A stretch of 63,637 nt of DNA, filler included, from 5 parts of 5 records of this genome joined end to end with filler, not necessarily neighbours in it; one strand, 5' to 3'; positions 10,072 through 21,527 are shown, numbered from the whole stretch's first letter. The notes: generated by a model not told the origin, from the sequence alone. Numbers and translations: made by a program.

Positions 10072-11439
10072 TTACTCGGTGGCGTTGCCAGATTCGGATG
10101 CACCGTTTGAGGCAAAGAACTCTTTCGTCAGTTTGAAGACGACAGGGCTCAGCAAGGCCAGTGCGATCAGGTTCGGGATCGCCATCATTGCGTTCAGCGT
10201 ATCCGCCAGCAACCAGACAAAGCCGAGGTCAGCAGTCGCACCGAAGTAAATCGCAACGATCCACAACACACGGTACGGCATCAGCGCCTTGGCACCAAAG
10301 AAGAAGCCCACGCATTTTTCACCGTAGAACGACCAGCCAAGAATGGTGGTGAAGGCAAAGATCGACAGAGCAACCGCGATCAGTGCACCACCGATACCCG
10401 GCAGCGACGTTTCGAATGCCAGCGAGGTCAATGCCGCACCAGATTCACCCGATGTCCAAGCCCCCGACGCGATGATCGCCAGACCCGTGATCGAGCAGAC
10501 GATGATTGTGTCGATGAACGTGCCCAACATCGCAACCAGACCCTGGTTTACAGGACCGGCAGTAGACGCCGCAGCGTGCGCAATCGGAGCGGAACCCAGA
10601 CCAGCTTCGTTCGAGAAGACACCACGGGCCACACCAAAGCGGATCGCGGCCCAAACGGCTGCACCGGCAAAGCCACCTTCGGCAGCGGATGGGGTAAAGG
10701 CGTGGGTGAACACGAGGCTCAGCGCGTCGCCAATGGCACCAGCGTTGATCAGCAGAACCAAAAGACCCGCGATGATATAGCTGACGGCCATGAATGGAAC
10801 CAGCTTACCAGCAACCGCACCAATGCGTGTAATGCCACCAAGAATAACAGCGGCGGTCAGAACCATCAGAACAACACCAGTAACCGACGTGTTAACGCCA
10901 AAGTTGCTGTCCAGAACCTGTGCTACACCGTTGGCCTGCACACCGTTGCCGATACCAAACGCAGCAATTGCACCAAACAGGGCAAACGCTGGCGCCAACC
11001 AGTACCAGGACGAGCCCAGACCGTTTTTGATGTAGTACATCGGTCCACCAACAAAGTTGCCCAGCTCGTCTGTTTCGCGATACTTCACGGCCAGAACGGC
11101 TTCGGCGTATTTGGTGGCCATGCCTACCAAGGCGGTCATCCACATCCAGAACAAGGCGCCCGGACCGCCCAAGAAGACAGCAGTGGCCACACCGGCAATG
11201 TTACCCGTACCGATTGTTGCCGACAGCGACGTCATCAGCGCGTTGAACGGGCTGATTTGGCCCTCGCCCTGACTTTCGCGGCCTTTGAACAGCAGGCTAA
11301 AGCCCGTGCCCAGTTTCAGGATCGGCATGAATTTCAGGCCGACCTGTAAAAAGAAGCCGACGCCCAGAATGAGCACCAACATCAGTGGCCCCCAAACGAC
11401 GCCATTGATGGCTCCTACGATTGAACTTAACGCTTCCAT
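10072..11439 (-). CDS. Alanine/glycine:cation symporter (AGCS family)
   Basis: IGTGNIAGVA, GGPGALFWMW, GGPMYYI, RGVFSNEAGLGSAPIAHAAA. Confidence 0.95.
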   Translation of the reverse strand: MEALSSIVGAINGVVWGPLMLVLILGVGFFLQVGLKFMPILKLGTGFSLLFKGRESQGEGQISPFNALMTSLSATIGTGNIAGVATAVFLGGPGALFWMWMTALVGMATKYAEAVLAVKYRETDELGNFVGGPMYYIKNGLGSSWYWLAPAFALFGAIAAFGIGNGVQANGVAQVLDSNFGVNTSVTGVVLMVLTAAVILGGITRIGAVAGKLVPFMAVSYIIAGLLVLLINAGAIGDALSLVFTHAFTPSAAEGGFAGAAVWAAIRFGVARGVFSNEAGLGSAPIAHAAASTAGPVNQGLVAMLGTFIDTIIVCSITGLAIIASGAWTSGESGAALTSLAFETSLPGIGGALIAVALSIFAFTTILGWSFYGEKCVGFFFGAKALMPYRVLWIVAIYFGATADLGFVWLLADTLNAMMAIPNLIALALLSPVVFKLTKEFFASNGASESGNATE

Positions 11440-11478
11440 GGTTTCCCTCCCATTTGCGTTTTCGAATTACTTTGAAGG

Positions 11479-12417
11479 TCAGGCTTCTGCAGTCAAAGAC
11501 TGCTGGCGGGCCTGTTTCAAAGCGGCAAAATCTTCGTCCGCGTGGAACGAGGATCTGGTCAACGGCGTGGCGGACACGCCGAGGAATCCTTTGCCCCGTG
11601 CGATCTGTTCCAGTTGCGCGAATTCTTCGGGCGTCCAGAACCGATCAATCGGGTGGTGTTTTGGAGTGGGCTGCAGGTACTGGCCCACGGTCAGAAAATC
11701 GACATTTGCGGCGCGCATATCGTCCATCACCTGACGCACATCATTCATTCTTTCACCCAGACCAACCATCAGGCCGGATTTGGTGAACATCTGCGGATTG
11801 GCGCGTTTGGCGTCATCCAGCAGGCGCAGCGAGGTGTAATACCGCGCGCCGGGGCGCACCCGCGGATACAGATGCGGTACGGTTTCAAGGTTGTGATTGA
11901 ACACATCCGGCGCGGCCTCAAATACCGCATCAGCGGCGTTGCCTTTGCCAAGAAAATCGGGGGTCAGAACCTCGATCGTGGTGTCGGGGGTCTGATGGCG
12001 GACGGCGCGAATGGTCTGCGCGATATGATCCGCGCCACCATCGGCCAGATCATCGCGATCCACAGAGGTGATCACAACATGGCGCAGGCCCAGTTTTTTC
12101 ACCGCTTGGGCAACACGACCCGGCTCAAACACATCCAGCGCATCGGGTTTGCCTGTTGAGACATTGCAGAACGAACAGCCCCGCGTACAGGTCTCGCCCA
12201 TGATCATCATTGTGGCGTGGCGCTGTGACCAGCATTCGCCGATGTTGGGGCACGCGGCCTCTTCGCAGACCGTGGTCAAACCATGATCCCGCATCAGGCG
12301 ACGGGTTTCATAATACTCGGCGCTTTCGATCTTCTTCTTGCGAATCCACTTGGGTTTGCGGGGGATCACGCTGTCGGGTTTTTTGGCTTTTTCGGGATGG
12401 CGAAGCTGGATGGTCAT
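11479..12417 (-). CDS. lipA: Lipoyl synthase
   Basis: [13 protein letters not shown] and CTRGCSFC radical-SAM motifs, TRSSFHA. Confidence 0.96.
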   Translation of the reverse strand: MTIQLRHPEKAKKPDSVIPRKPKWIRKKKIESAEYYETRRLMRDHGLTTVCEEAACPNIGECWSQRHATMMIMGETCTRGCSFCNVSTGKPDALDVFEPGRVAQAVKKLGLRHVVITSVDRDDLADGGADHIAQTIRAVRHQTPDTTIEVLTPDFLGKGNAADAVFEAAPDVFNHNLETVPHLYPRVRPGARYYTSLRLLDDAKRANPQMFTKSGLMVGLGERMNDVRQVMDDMRAANVDFLTVGQYLQPTPKHHPIDRFWTPEEFAQLEQIARGKGFLGVSATPLTRSSFHADEDFAALKQARQQSLTAEA

Positions 12418-12432
12418 CTGGCTATTCTCCGA

Positions 12433-13815
12433 TCAGGCGTGAATGGCGCGGCCAAGCGCGTCGAGGCAGGCTTCTTTCACTGCTTCACCCAAGGCTGGGT
12501 GGGCGTGGCAGGTGCGCGCGACCTCTTCAACCGTGGCGCCTTTGGTCATCGCCAGCACCAATTCCGCGATCAGATCACCGCCATGGGCACCACAGATATG
12601 GGCGCCAAGAATTGTTCCCTCTGGCGAGGCCAGAACCTTGACCGCCCCATCGGTTTCGCCCGTGGAACGGGCCCGCGAGTTCGCCATGAAGGTGAACTTG
12701 CCGCTGATGTAGTCGATACCCGCCTCTTTCAGCGCCTCTTCGGTTAACCCGACCGAGGCCACCTCGGGGTCAGTATACACCACGCCGGGAACAGTGTTGT
12801 AATCAACGTGCCCGTGCTGACCGGCCAGTGTTTCGACACAGGCAACGCCATCTTCTTCGGCTTTGTGCGCCAACATTGGACCCGGAACACAATCGCCAAT
12901 CGCGTAGATGCCGGGAACCGAGGTTTGGAACGCGCCGTCTACTTCGATAAATCCGCGTGCATTCACGGCCACACCCAGATCGTCCAAGCCCAGACCCCGT
13001 GTCACCGGGCGACGGCCAATGGCGATCAGTACCTTGTCTGCTTCGATGGTTTCTTGTTTGTCTTTGCCGACGCGATCCACCGTCAGGGACAGACCTGCAT
13101 CCGCCTTGTCGATGGTTTTCAAAGCGCGACCCAGCTGGAATTTGAGCCCACGTTTGGACAGCGCTCGCTGTGACAGCTTGGCGATTTCGCCATCAATGCC
13201 GGGCAGGATACGATCCAGATACTCAACTACGGTGACTTTGGCCCCCAGTCGTGCCCAGACCTGACCCAGTTCAAGCCCGATAACACCGGCCCCAATCACC
13301 ACAAGATGATCCGGCACTGTATCCAGTTTAAGCGCGCCAGTGCTGCTGACCACGTCCACTTCGTCGATCTCAACACCGGGCAGCGGCGTTGGTTCAGACC
13401 CCGTGGCGATCAGAATGTTCTTAGCCTCATGGACATCGTCGCCCACTTTGACTTGGCCGGGTGCCGGAATGCTGGCCCAGCCTTCGATGTGCTCGACACC
13501 GTTCTTTTTGAACAGGAACGCGATGCCTTTGGTCAGATCACCGACAACCTTATCCTTACGGCCCATCATCGCGCCCAGATCTATGCTGGCCCCCTCGACC
13601 GTCACACCGTGCGAGGAGAGATGTGAGAGCTCGGCGAACTTGGCCGAGGAGGTCAACAACGCTTTGGATGGAATACAGCCCACGTTCAGGCAAGTGCCCC
13701 CCAAGGCACCGCGCCCTTCGATACAAGCAACTGACAATCCCAGTTGCGCCGCACGGATGGCGGCCACATAGCCACCGGGGCCTCCACCGATCACGATCAG
13801 ATCAAATGCACTCAT
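12433..13815 (-). CDS. lpdA: Dihydrolipoyl dehydrogenase (L protein/E3)
   Basis: GGGPGGY, GGTCLNVGCIPSK, HAHPALGEA; GGAGGAG RBS before the ATG at 13815. Confidence 0.95.
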   Translation of the reverse strand: MSAFDLIVIGGGPGGYVAAIRAAQLGLSVACIEGRGALGGTCLNVGCIPSKALLTSSAKFAELSHLSSHGVTVEGASIDLGAMMGRKDKVVGDLTKGIAFLFKKNGVEHIEGWASIPAPGQVKVGDDVHEAKNILIATGSEPTPLPGVEIDEVDVVSSTGALKLDTVPDHLVVIGAGVIGLELGQVWARLGAKVTVVEYLDRILPGIDGEIAKLSQRALSKRGLKFQLGRALKTIDKADAGLSLTVDRVGKDKQETIEADKVLIAIGRRPVTRGLGLDDLGVAVNARGFIEVDGAFQTSVPGIYAIGDCVPGPMLAHKAEEDGVACVETLAGQHGHVDYNTVPGVVYTDPEVASVGLTEEALKEAGIDYISGKFTFMANSRARSTGETDGAVKVLASPEGTILGAHICGAHGGDLIAELVLAMTKGATVEEVARTCHAHPALGEAVKEACLDALGRAIHA

Positions 13816-13877
13816 GGGTCTCTCCTCCCCGAGATGGGCGTAGCGGATCATGTCCGTATGCGCCTGTATGCTGCGTT

Positions 13878-13949
13878 GTGTCTCCTATAGGAAACTTTTC
13901 CCTCTCAGGCAACAAAAGATATCATCAAGAAATTTTGACTAGGAGATAC
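13878..13949. promoter_or_regulatory. Candidate operator in the divergent lpdA/XRE promoter region
   Basis: Imperfect palindrome GTCTCCTATAGGAAAC (13880-13895) plus a matching half-site TAGGAGATAC (13940-13949). Confidence 0.45.
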
Positions 13950-13990
13950 ACCAAAGCTAAGCTCTATGAGAAACAGGAGAAAATGCGCGC

Positions 13991-14605
13991 GTGGAACCAA
14001 TAAAAAGCGACGATGCCGGACTTGCCGTAGAGGCAACCGAGGCCCCAGACGGTGAAATCCTTGGCAAAATGATTCGGGATGCCCGCAAAGAAAAGGGCCT
14101 GACGCTGGAAGAAGCGGCCAAAGCTGCCGCCATTGGGCGGTCGACCCTGTCCAAGATCGAAAACAACCAAACCCGGCCAAGTTTCGAAATTATCCGCCGT
14201 CTGATGCAGACGCTGGAACTGGAAACGCCGCAGTTGTTTGTGCAATCCGCCCAAAGCGACATTTCAGGTCGCCGGGATTTCACCCGCAAAGGGTTGGGCG
14301 AGCACAAAGAAACCAAGACCTATGATCATGAGCTGTTGTGCAGCGAGCTGACCAGCAAACGCATGGTGCCCTATATCAGTACGATCAAAGCCCGTGATGT
14401 GACCGAGTTCGACAATTGGGTCCGACACCGCGGCGAAGAGTTCATGTTCGTGCTCAGTGGTGAGCTGACGCTTTATACAGAACACTATCGTCCCCTTCAG
14501 ATGGCTGCGGGCGACTCGGTCTATTACGATAGCGGAATGGGGCACGGATGCGTTTCCACCAGCACAGAAGATGCCTCTGTTTTGTGGATATCGCTTGCGG
14601 ATTAA
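13991..14605 (+). CDS. XRE-family HTH regulator with C-terminal cupin domain
   Basis: IRDARKEKGLTLEEAAK...RSTLSKIENNQTRPS HTH; HRGEEFMFVLSG...GDSVYYDSGMGH cupin. Confidence 0.9.
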   Translation: MEPIKSDDAGLAVEATEAPDGEILGKMIRDARKEKGLTLEEAAKAAAIGRSTLSKIENNQTRPSFEIIRRLMQTLELETPQLFVQSAQSDISGRRDFTRKGLGEHKETKTYDHELLCSELTSKRMVPYISTIKARDVTEFDNWVRHRGEEFMFVLSGELTLYTEHYRPLQMAAGDSVYYDSGMGHGCVSTSTEDASVLWISLAD

Positions 14606-14743
14606 GCAGTCCTGCCCCCTGCCCGCTTTCTCTGACCAGATTCAGCGCTAATTCTTGTCTAGCCGCTTTGACATCCCCGCGCGAACCACATCAAATGCGC
14701 ACCAACACCCCGAGGGTAAAGCAACAACAGGACGGACCATCGG

Positions 14744-15727
14744 ATGGATCTGAAAACCGAAATTCTGGAACTTTCACGACAGGCCCAAATCGGGCCGCTC
14801 AGCCCGTGGTTGGACGCCGCATTGGATGCTCGCATCGCAGACGGCACATTTGTCTCAACCCAACAGTTGCAGCAGGACAAAGACGCAATTGTCGCGCAAT
14901 TGGCGGCTTATCGTGACTCAAACGGCGTGGCCGCTGCCGTTATTGGCATGTCCGGCGGCGTCGACAGCGCCCTGACGGCCGCGCTGTTCAAGGCGGCGGG
15001 TTGGACCGTTCACGGCTACACCCTGCCCATCGAACAGAATCCACGCGAAACAGAGCTGGGTGAAAACGCCTGCCATGCCTTGGGTATCAGTCACAGCAAT
15101 ATTGATCTGACACCTCAGTATCAGTGCATGCTGGATGGATTGGCGCAGCTAGAGCCGGGACGCGGAGACAATGATGACCATGGCCACCGCCTGCGCCGGG
15201 GCAACATCCGGGCGCGGCTGCGCATGGCGACGCTTTATGATCAGGCGCACCGTCACAGCGGTGTTGTTGCAAGCACGGACAACTTTTCCGAACTGGGTGC
15301 CGGGTTCTGGACCCTGCACGGGGACGTGGGCGATGTCGCGCCGATCCAATCGTTCTTGAAATCGTGGGAAGTCCCCTGTCTGGCCCGGGCCAGCGGCGTT
15401 CCCGAAGATATCTGGCGCGCGACCCCCACCGATGGCTTAGGCATTTCCGCCGGGGATGAGGCCCAGATTGGGACATCCTATTTAGGGTGGGATCTAATGG
15501 TGCTGGCGTTGATGGAAGCGGCCCAAACCCCGGGGGCAACCCGCGACACCCTGCCTGACATTTTGAACCTTGGTGACGATGCCGAGGCCAAGCGGATCTT
15601 TGATCTGACCTATGCCCGGCTGTCGCGTACCGGCTATAAGCGCAACAATCCGCACAACCTGCCCCACCCACGTGAAAACCGGTATGACAGTTTAGCCAAG
15701 TTTGACGCGTTTTCCGCCTGTTCATAG
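14744..15727 (+). CDS. nadE: NH3-dependent NAD+ synthetase (stand-alone synthetase domain)
   Basis: IGMSGGVDSA PP-loop, GNIRARLRM, STDNFSE, GFWTLHGD, PTDGL, DEAQIG; no glutaminase domain. Confidence 0.82.
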   Translation: MDLKTEILELSRQAQIGPLSPWLDAALDARIADGTFVSTQQLQQDKDAIVAQLAAYRDSNGVAAAVIGMSGGVDSALTAALFKAAGWTVHGYTLPIEQNPRETELGENACHALGISHSNIDLTPQYQCMLDGLAQLEPGRGDNDDHGHRLRRGNIRARLRMATLYDQAHRHSGVVASTDNFSELGAGFWTLHGDVGDVAPIQSFLKSWEVPCLARASGVPEDIWRATPTDGLGISAGDEAQIGTSYLGWDLMVLALMEAAQTPGATRDTLPDILNLGDDAEAKRIFDLTYARLSRTGYKRNNPHNLPHPRENRYDSLAKFDAFSACS

Positions 15728-15872
15728 GGGTCAACGGATCACTCGGCCCTAGAGATCTGGTGTGGCCCTCTTGGCCGCACCACGGACAAGGCGAGACCGG
15801 CCCCCGGTCACGCACTGGAAATTGCAACGCATTCGGCCTAGACAGAAAACGCGCGATCAGGGAAAGACGTTG

Positions 15873-16769
15873 ATGTCGATCACATTGCTTAGGACATTGG
15901 TTGCGGTCGCCGATCGGGGCAGTTTCGCAAGCGCAGCTGATCAGGTTTGCGTGACCCATGCTGCAGTGGGCCAGCAAATGAAACGGCTAGAATCCCAGCT
16001 CCGGGTTGACCTGTTTGACCGGTCGCAAAAGTCCCCGCAACTGAACGCCACTGGGTGGGCTTTGGTGCCCAAAGCGCGTGAGGTTTTACACGCCTATGAC
16101 ACCCTGTTGGATGGCGTCGTGGGAGAGGCCCGGCTTTATGGTGAACTTTCCTTGGGCGCGATGCCCTCAACGATTGGTGGTTTGGTTCCCCAATCCATCA
16201 AACGCCTGATCCGCACGTTTCCTGACCTTCATATCCGGGTAGTGCCCGGCCTGGCGGATGATCTGATCGAACAGGTCGAACGCAACGGGCTGGATACCGC
16301 AATTCTAAGCGCTCCAGACAGCATCCCACCCCAACTGACATGGCACTTTGTGGCACAAGAGCCCTTGGTGCTGATCACCGCGCCAGAGATCAGCGAAACC
16401 GATCCCGTCGAGATCCTGCAAACTCAGCCCTTTATTCGCCACGCCAGACAGACCGCCGCCGGTAAGTTGGTGGATCAGTGGCTGTCCGACAAAAACATAT
16501 CCGTTCGACCAACGATGGAAATGGATTCACTGGAAACACTTGCCAACATGGTGTCCTATAATCTGGGTGTTTCGGTTGTGCCCAACCTAAGTGTGCCTGA
16601 CCCCACCTTTGAGCAATTGCGCAAAATCCCTCTTGGCCCCAAAGCCCCTTGTCGGGAATTGGGCCTGCTTACCCGGTCGGATTCCCCCAAAACCAAGCTG
16701 ATCGAACGGCTGTTGGAAGAAGTGCGCCAAACCAGTCGCCAAGCGGAGCATCCCAGCGCGCGCCCCTGA
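15873..16769 (+). CDS. LysR-family transcriptional regulator
   Basis: LRTLVAVADRGSFASAADQVCVTHAAVGQQMKRLE HTH; about 298 aa. Confidence 0.93.
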   Translation: MSITLLRTLVAVADRGSFASAADQVCVTHAAVGQQMKRLESQLRVDLFDRSQKSPQLNATGWALVPKAREVLHAYDTLLDGVVGEARLYGELSLGAMPSTIGGLVPQSIKRLIRTFPDLHIRVVPGLADDLIEQVERNGLDTAILSAPDSIPPQLTWHFVAQEPLVLITAPEISETDPVEILQTQPFIRHARQTAAGKLVDQWLSDKNISVRPTMEMDSLETLANMVSYNLGVSVVPNLSVPDPTFEQLRKIPLGPKAPCRELGLLTRSDSPKTKLIERLLEEVRQTSRQAEHPSARP

Positions 16770-16867
16770 TTTCTGGCCCCGGCCATACATTCAAAAATCT
16801 TGACCTGTATCAAGGTCCCCCCCCAGAACCCGTGCTTTCATCCTGAGCGGTAAGCACGGGTGGTCCT

Positions 16868-17593
16868 ATGACAAAGTCCGGAAAATTGGGCCTTATGCGA
16901 CGGGGGCTTTGTCTCTGTGGTCTATGTTTGGCTCTGATCCTGCCCCCCACGTGGTTGGGCTGCGGGGGAGCGGTTGCCGCTGTGATCGCAGCATACGCAT
17001 TCTGGCCCAAGCCCCCTTGGCCGGCTGAGGCCCTTCGGTATGACACATGGCCCGCAATCGTCATTCCCGATCTGCTTGGGTTCGCGACCTGCGGTCTCTT
17101 GATCGCTGTTCCCTTTTGGGCAGCCCCGCACTGGCATGGGTCCGGTCTTCACCCTTCGGCCTATTTGGTCTGGCCCATGGTGCCGTTTTGTCTGGCGTTT
17201 CTCTATATCGGGTGGCGCAATGACTGCTTTGCCATGACCCTTAGCGCAACACAGGTCGCATTTACCACCGCCTGGCAAGACCACCACATCCCCTACGCCA
17301 CGATCCAGCGGGTCGTTCCTTGGAAACGCGGGCTGCCGCGATGGCTAAAACAGGCGGCACCGATCTTTGGCATGATCGGGGGGCCACAGGTCGCTGGAGG
17401 CTTGATGCTGGCGCGCGACAGCAATGGTCTGGCCTTGGAACGAGACGGGCACCCTCCGCTCGTCCTCCAGGCGGACGCCTTCGAAGCCCCTACCAAGGCG
17501 CTGCTTGCGCAACTGGATCGTAATGCGGTCCCCATCAAACGCGGTCTTGCCCAGTTTCGCCAGCCCAAGTCCAAGCGCCCTCAATCGTCCTAA
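16868..17593 (+). CDS. Hypothetical integral membrane protein (about 4 TM plus soluble C-terminal region)
   Basis: Several hydrophobic segments; 15 nt upstream of the next gene, probably an operon. Confidence 0.6.
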   Translation: MTKSGKLGLMRRGLCLCGLCLALILPPTWLGCGGAVAAVIAAYAFWPKPPWPAEALRYDTWPAIVIPDLLGFATCGLLIAVPFWAAPHWHGSGLHPSAYLVWPMVPFCLAFLYIGWRNDCFAMTLSATQVAFTTAWQDHHIPYATIQRVVPWKRGLPRWLKQAAPIFGMIGGPQVAGGLMLARDSNGLALERDGHPPLVLQADAFEAPTKALLAQLDRNAVPIKRGLAQFRQPKSKRPQSS

Positions 17594-17608
17594 AGCGAGA
17601 GACACACC

Positions 17609-20600
17609 ATGACCTTTAGATTGCATATTCTAACCTGTCTGGCCCTGGCTTTGGCGTTTGTCTTTCCCCACGCAGCACCGGCCCGAGACTGGGCAGGCTA
17701 TGCGCTGCGATCCTTTATTGTTCAGGCCCCGCTTGAGTGGGATGTCACCTTAGCAGAGCCGGATCGGGAATATGATTTTGAAAGCCCGGGCAAAGCCTAT
17801 TCCATGTGGGCCTTTTGGTGGTTTCAGGATGAACCGCTGCTGGGATTTTCCGATATCGTCGCCAGCAAAGAACGCGATGTGGCCGGACACAAAGCCTTGT
17901 TCATTCATTCGGAAACACCTGACGAACGGGTGTTTCAGCTTGCCTTTCTCGACAAAGATGACGCCGGAGAAATCTTTATCCTGCATCTAGCCGCACGCGG
18001 TCAGGATCTGGCACAGCACAAGGCCTTGTTTGAGGACCTGATTGCGCGGTTGGAAATTGACGGCATCCCGGTGCGTGCGCCAACCGCCGCCCTGCCATCC
18101 CCGTCACCCACAGATCAGTACCGCTATGTCGCAGCTGGGGATTTCTCTCTCAAATTGCCCGACGGGTGGGACGGCTATGAACCGCAAACCGATGCCTTTG
18201 ACAGCCTGATTGTTCAATCCGCCACCAAGACTGAAACCGTACTGGTTCTGGTCACGCGGACCTCAGGGGACATGTCGGCATTGGAGCACGCTGAACAGGT
18301 CACGCAGCAGATCAAAGACGGCTATTTCGAGAACCGCGAAGAGCACGGAACCTATGTGCTTGATGTTGCCGGGTTTGCGGCCATGGGCACCAAATACACC
18401 GCAGATGTTGTCCCAATTGGCAAGATCAGCTTTCCCTATGCGCAAGCCAGAGTATGGGTGTTCACCGGTGGCGACGAAACAGCAGCGTTTTCGATCTTTA
18501 CCATCCGCGCCCTTGAACAAAACCCCACGCAGGCCACTCAGTTGGCCCAAATGGCTCAGAGCCTGATCCTTGGGCCCCCGCCCAATCACCTACAGGCCCC
18601 CGCGGCACAGGATCAGATCGCGACGATACCGCGCGCGTTAGTGAACAACACCGCCCTGATGGATCTTCGCGCCCGGTTTGGCTCTGACTGTCGGATGGAA
18701 CTCACCGAAGACTGGGCGCATCCAACTCGCAATGTTGTGTTGCAATCCGGTATTGCGGTGAGCTGGGTCGCACTGTGTGGAGCACACGATATGCCCGTCA
18801 TCGCCGCCCGCTTTCCCTTTGATCCGCAGGGGGCCACGGATGACTATTTCTGGCCGCTCTATCATCGCATGATCACCGCTACGCAAGGGCAGCCCTTTGC
18901 ATTTGTCGATCTGGATGGGAACAATTTGCTGTTGCTCGAACTTGATCAGGACGACCTGCTGTCCCTGACCGTCGAAGCGTGGCCCCCAACCGGGGTCCAG
19001 CCTGCACCCCTTGCGGACAAGCCCACGCCTGACGTCATTTTTCAGGGCGATCTGGGCCAAGATTGGCGCCCTATTTCGGTCAGCGGCGGGGATTTCGAGC
19101 GGTTTGCCGACACCGGACCAACCGGCCTGCGCGTTGCGGTGCCGGCTGACAATCAGTGGGGAAAAACCGGGATCGCATCAACGACCCCCTTGTTGGAAAT
19201 GCCATTGCCGTTTGAAGACACATCCCAACAGCTCACGCTGGCCTACGATCCTGCGCAAACCGATCAGATGATTGTCGCACTGACAAGACCAGATGGATTA
19301 GACGATGATCCATGGTCCGGGCACAGCCTGCGACTTGCGGTTAAAATCAACGGCCCCAAGGATGGGGAACTGGTTCTGAAAGCCTTTCAATGGACCCTTG
19401 CCACACAGCCCTTTGAACCGGGCGAAAAGCCGGGGGAAATTCGCGTCATTCTGCGCCCCGATCAAATCATTGAAATCGCAGACCGGCAGGGCAACCGCCT
19501 GATGGAAACACCGCTGCCGCACACGGTCTCAACCGGGCCGTGGCATGTACAGATCCTGTCCCACGCACAGACCGAAAACGCCCCAACCCGGCTAATGTTG
19601 ACGCAAGTCGACCTAAAGGACATTCCAAGCCCACAGAGGGGGCAACTTGATGCGCCCGCCCGCGAAAACCAATCTGTTCTGGCGTTTGACGGCCGTCAGC
19701 TTGGCCGCATCTGGACCGGGTACGAAACGACATCCGGCGCGTTTTCCAAGCTCGCGCGTTTTGAGGACGGTGTTTTACGCCTAAAGGCCAGTGGGGATCA
19801 GACAGGCACATTGGGGATATACTCGGTTGATCCCGTGATCTGGCTTGAGCGCCTGTCTGATGGCGCGCAAACCCTTGTGCGTATCGCGCTGGACCCGGAC
19901 CACGCAACGGGTGTCAGGATTGGGCTGCAAACAAGGCTGTCCAACAATGGCAGCCCCGCAGGGCACGGGCAATATTGGGCCAGCATAACCCGCCAACCCG
20001 ACGGCAGCTATACCGCGGTCAGTCAGGTAATTTCGCAGGCCAACCCGCTAGAGGTATCCGGGATCGCAGCCTTTCCCGATGCAATCACGCTGCGCCTGTC
20101 GCAGGAAGGTGTCGCCGTTGAAATGCCCGGGTTTCCATCAACGCCGCTGCCTTGGGACCAGATCGGAAATGGGGTTCCCCTGCGCCTGCACGTGCTGACA
20201 CAAGCGGACGCAGGCACCGGGGGCACCCAGATGGGCCTGCGGTCTGTTCACATCGATACACTTGCGGCGCGACCCAGCCTCCCCCACTCTATCCGTGTGG
20301 GGGCGCCCCCCCTGCCCCGCGCAAACCTGTTGGATCTCAGCACGCAAACGGGGTGGGATGGGTTTGAGACGCCTCTGGGGCGCGAGCACGTGCGCCTGAC
20401 GCAAGATGGGCTAAGCATGGGCAAACCGCCCCTCCCAACGAACAGCGCCCGTGCAACCCTGCTGTCTGACGTCCCTGTTGCTGTGCTGGATAACCGGGTC
20501 AAACAAACCCCCTATCGGCTGCAGTTTCGGTTCGATCCAGACACATTCGAGGGGGCCCGGATCATGCTGTCCCCCTATCACGAGCACAACATGCATGAAT

Positions 20601-20619
20601 CAGCCAAGGTCAAAGTCAT
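17609..20619 (+). CDS. Large secreted hypothetical protein with internal repeats (3'-truncated)
   Basis: Sec signal peptide MTFRLHILTCLALALAFVFPHAAPA; open for more than 1000 codons to the contig end. Confidence 0.75.
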
Positions 20620-20719
20620 NNNNNNNNNNNNNNNNNNNNNNNNNNNNNNNNNNNNNNNNNNNNTTAATTAATTAANNNNNNNNNNNNNNNNNNNNNNNNN
20701 NNNNNNNNNNNNNNNNNNN
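20620..20719. other. Artificial contig spacer
   Basis: N44-TTAATTAATTAA-N44. Confidence 0.99.
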
Positions 20720-21283
20720 CATTCTGATGTCTGCGGGGTTACCGCCGGGCCTAACAAGAAAATCATATTTAAGGCCGTTCTCAGAAAAGTACAGGCGCAG
20801 ATCGATATTCGGGTAGACGTCGCGGTAAAGCACCTCGCGATAGGACTTTACGCCCAAAACGGCTGTATGGCGCCCGCGGTAAAAGTTCTCGGCCCCCGGC
20901 GTATCATGTTTCATTTCAACCGCCGCTGCAGGGTTAACTCCCAGCAATTCCATGTCCATCCGGTAGCGCGTCATCATGCGCTCATCTTCCGCCCAGGGAT
21001 CGGCATCCGGCTGTGCAAACAGACTGCGTGGACTCTGGTCAGCAGCATCAATGGTCGTAAAAACGTAGCTGAAACCGGTTCGGCGCAGATACATCTCCGA
21101 GTTGCCAACGTGGCTCTTAAAGAGCACGTCAGGGCGTAAATTTCCGGAGTCATCAATAATCTGCCCCTCATTCGGGGTAAACGCCGCGCTTTGCGTTGAA
21201 TTTTCGGTTTTGGCAAACACCAAATGTGTTGTACAACTCAACAGGATTAGCACAAGAAATAGACGGGGGATCAAGCGAGGCAT
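20720..21283 (-). CDS. Secreted cell-surface protein, N-terminal domain of the type preceding SBBP beta-propeller repeats (truncated)
   Basis: Signal peptide; FTPNEGQ, NFYRG, YRDVYPNIDLRLY, LKYDFLVRPGGNPADIRM motifs. Confidence 0.75.
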
Positions 21284-21527
21284 AGGCTTAGCGGGAGTTC
21301 AGGTTGTAAAATTGCTCTGGACTACGAGCAGAAAGGGGCATAAGCATACTAATGTACGCCGATTAGGATAAGCGACACAAATTTTAGCTATCGGTCGCGC
21401 TTTTGAGTAATCACGCAACGATAGCAGGCAAGGCATTTAGCCGCCCACTGCGTTGGCCGTCTATGCCGCATGAGCTTCTTGTTTGTCACTGTGGTAGAAG
21501 CCACAAACTGCACGGACCACCAAAAAC

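Noticed and set aside
13900-13915. CTCTCAGG resembling part of a glycine riboswitch
   Set aside because: Wrong strand for the gcv genes, and the other conserved aptamer elements are not evident.
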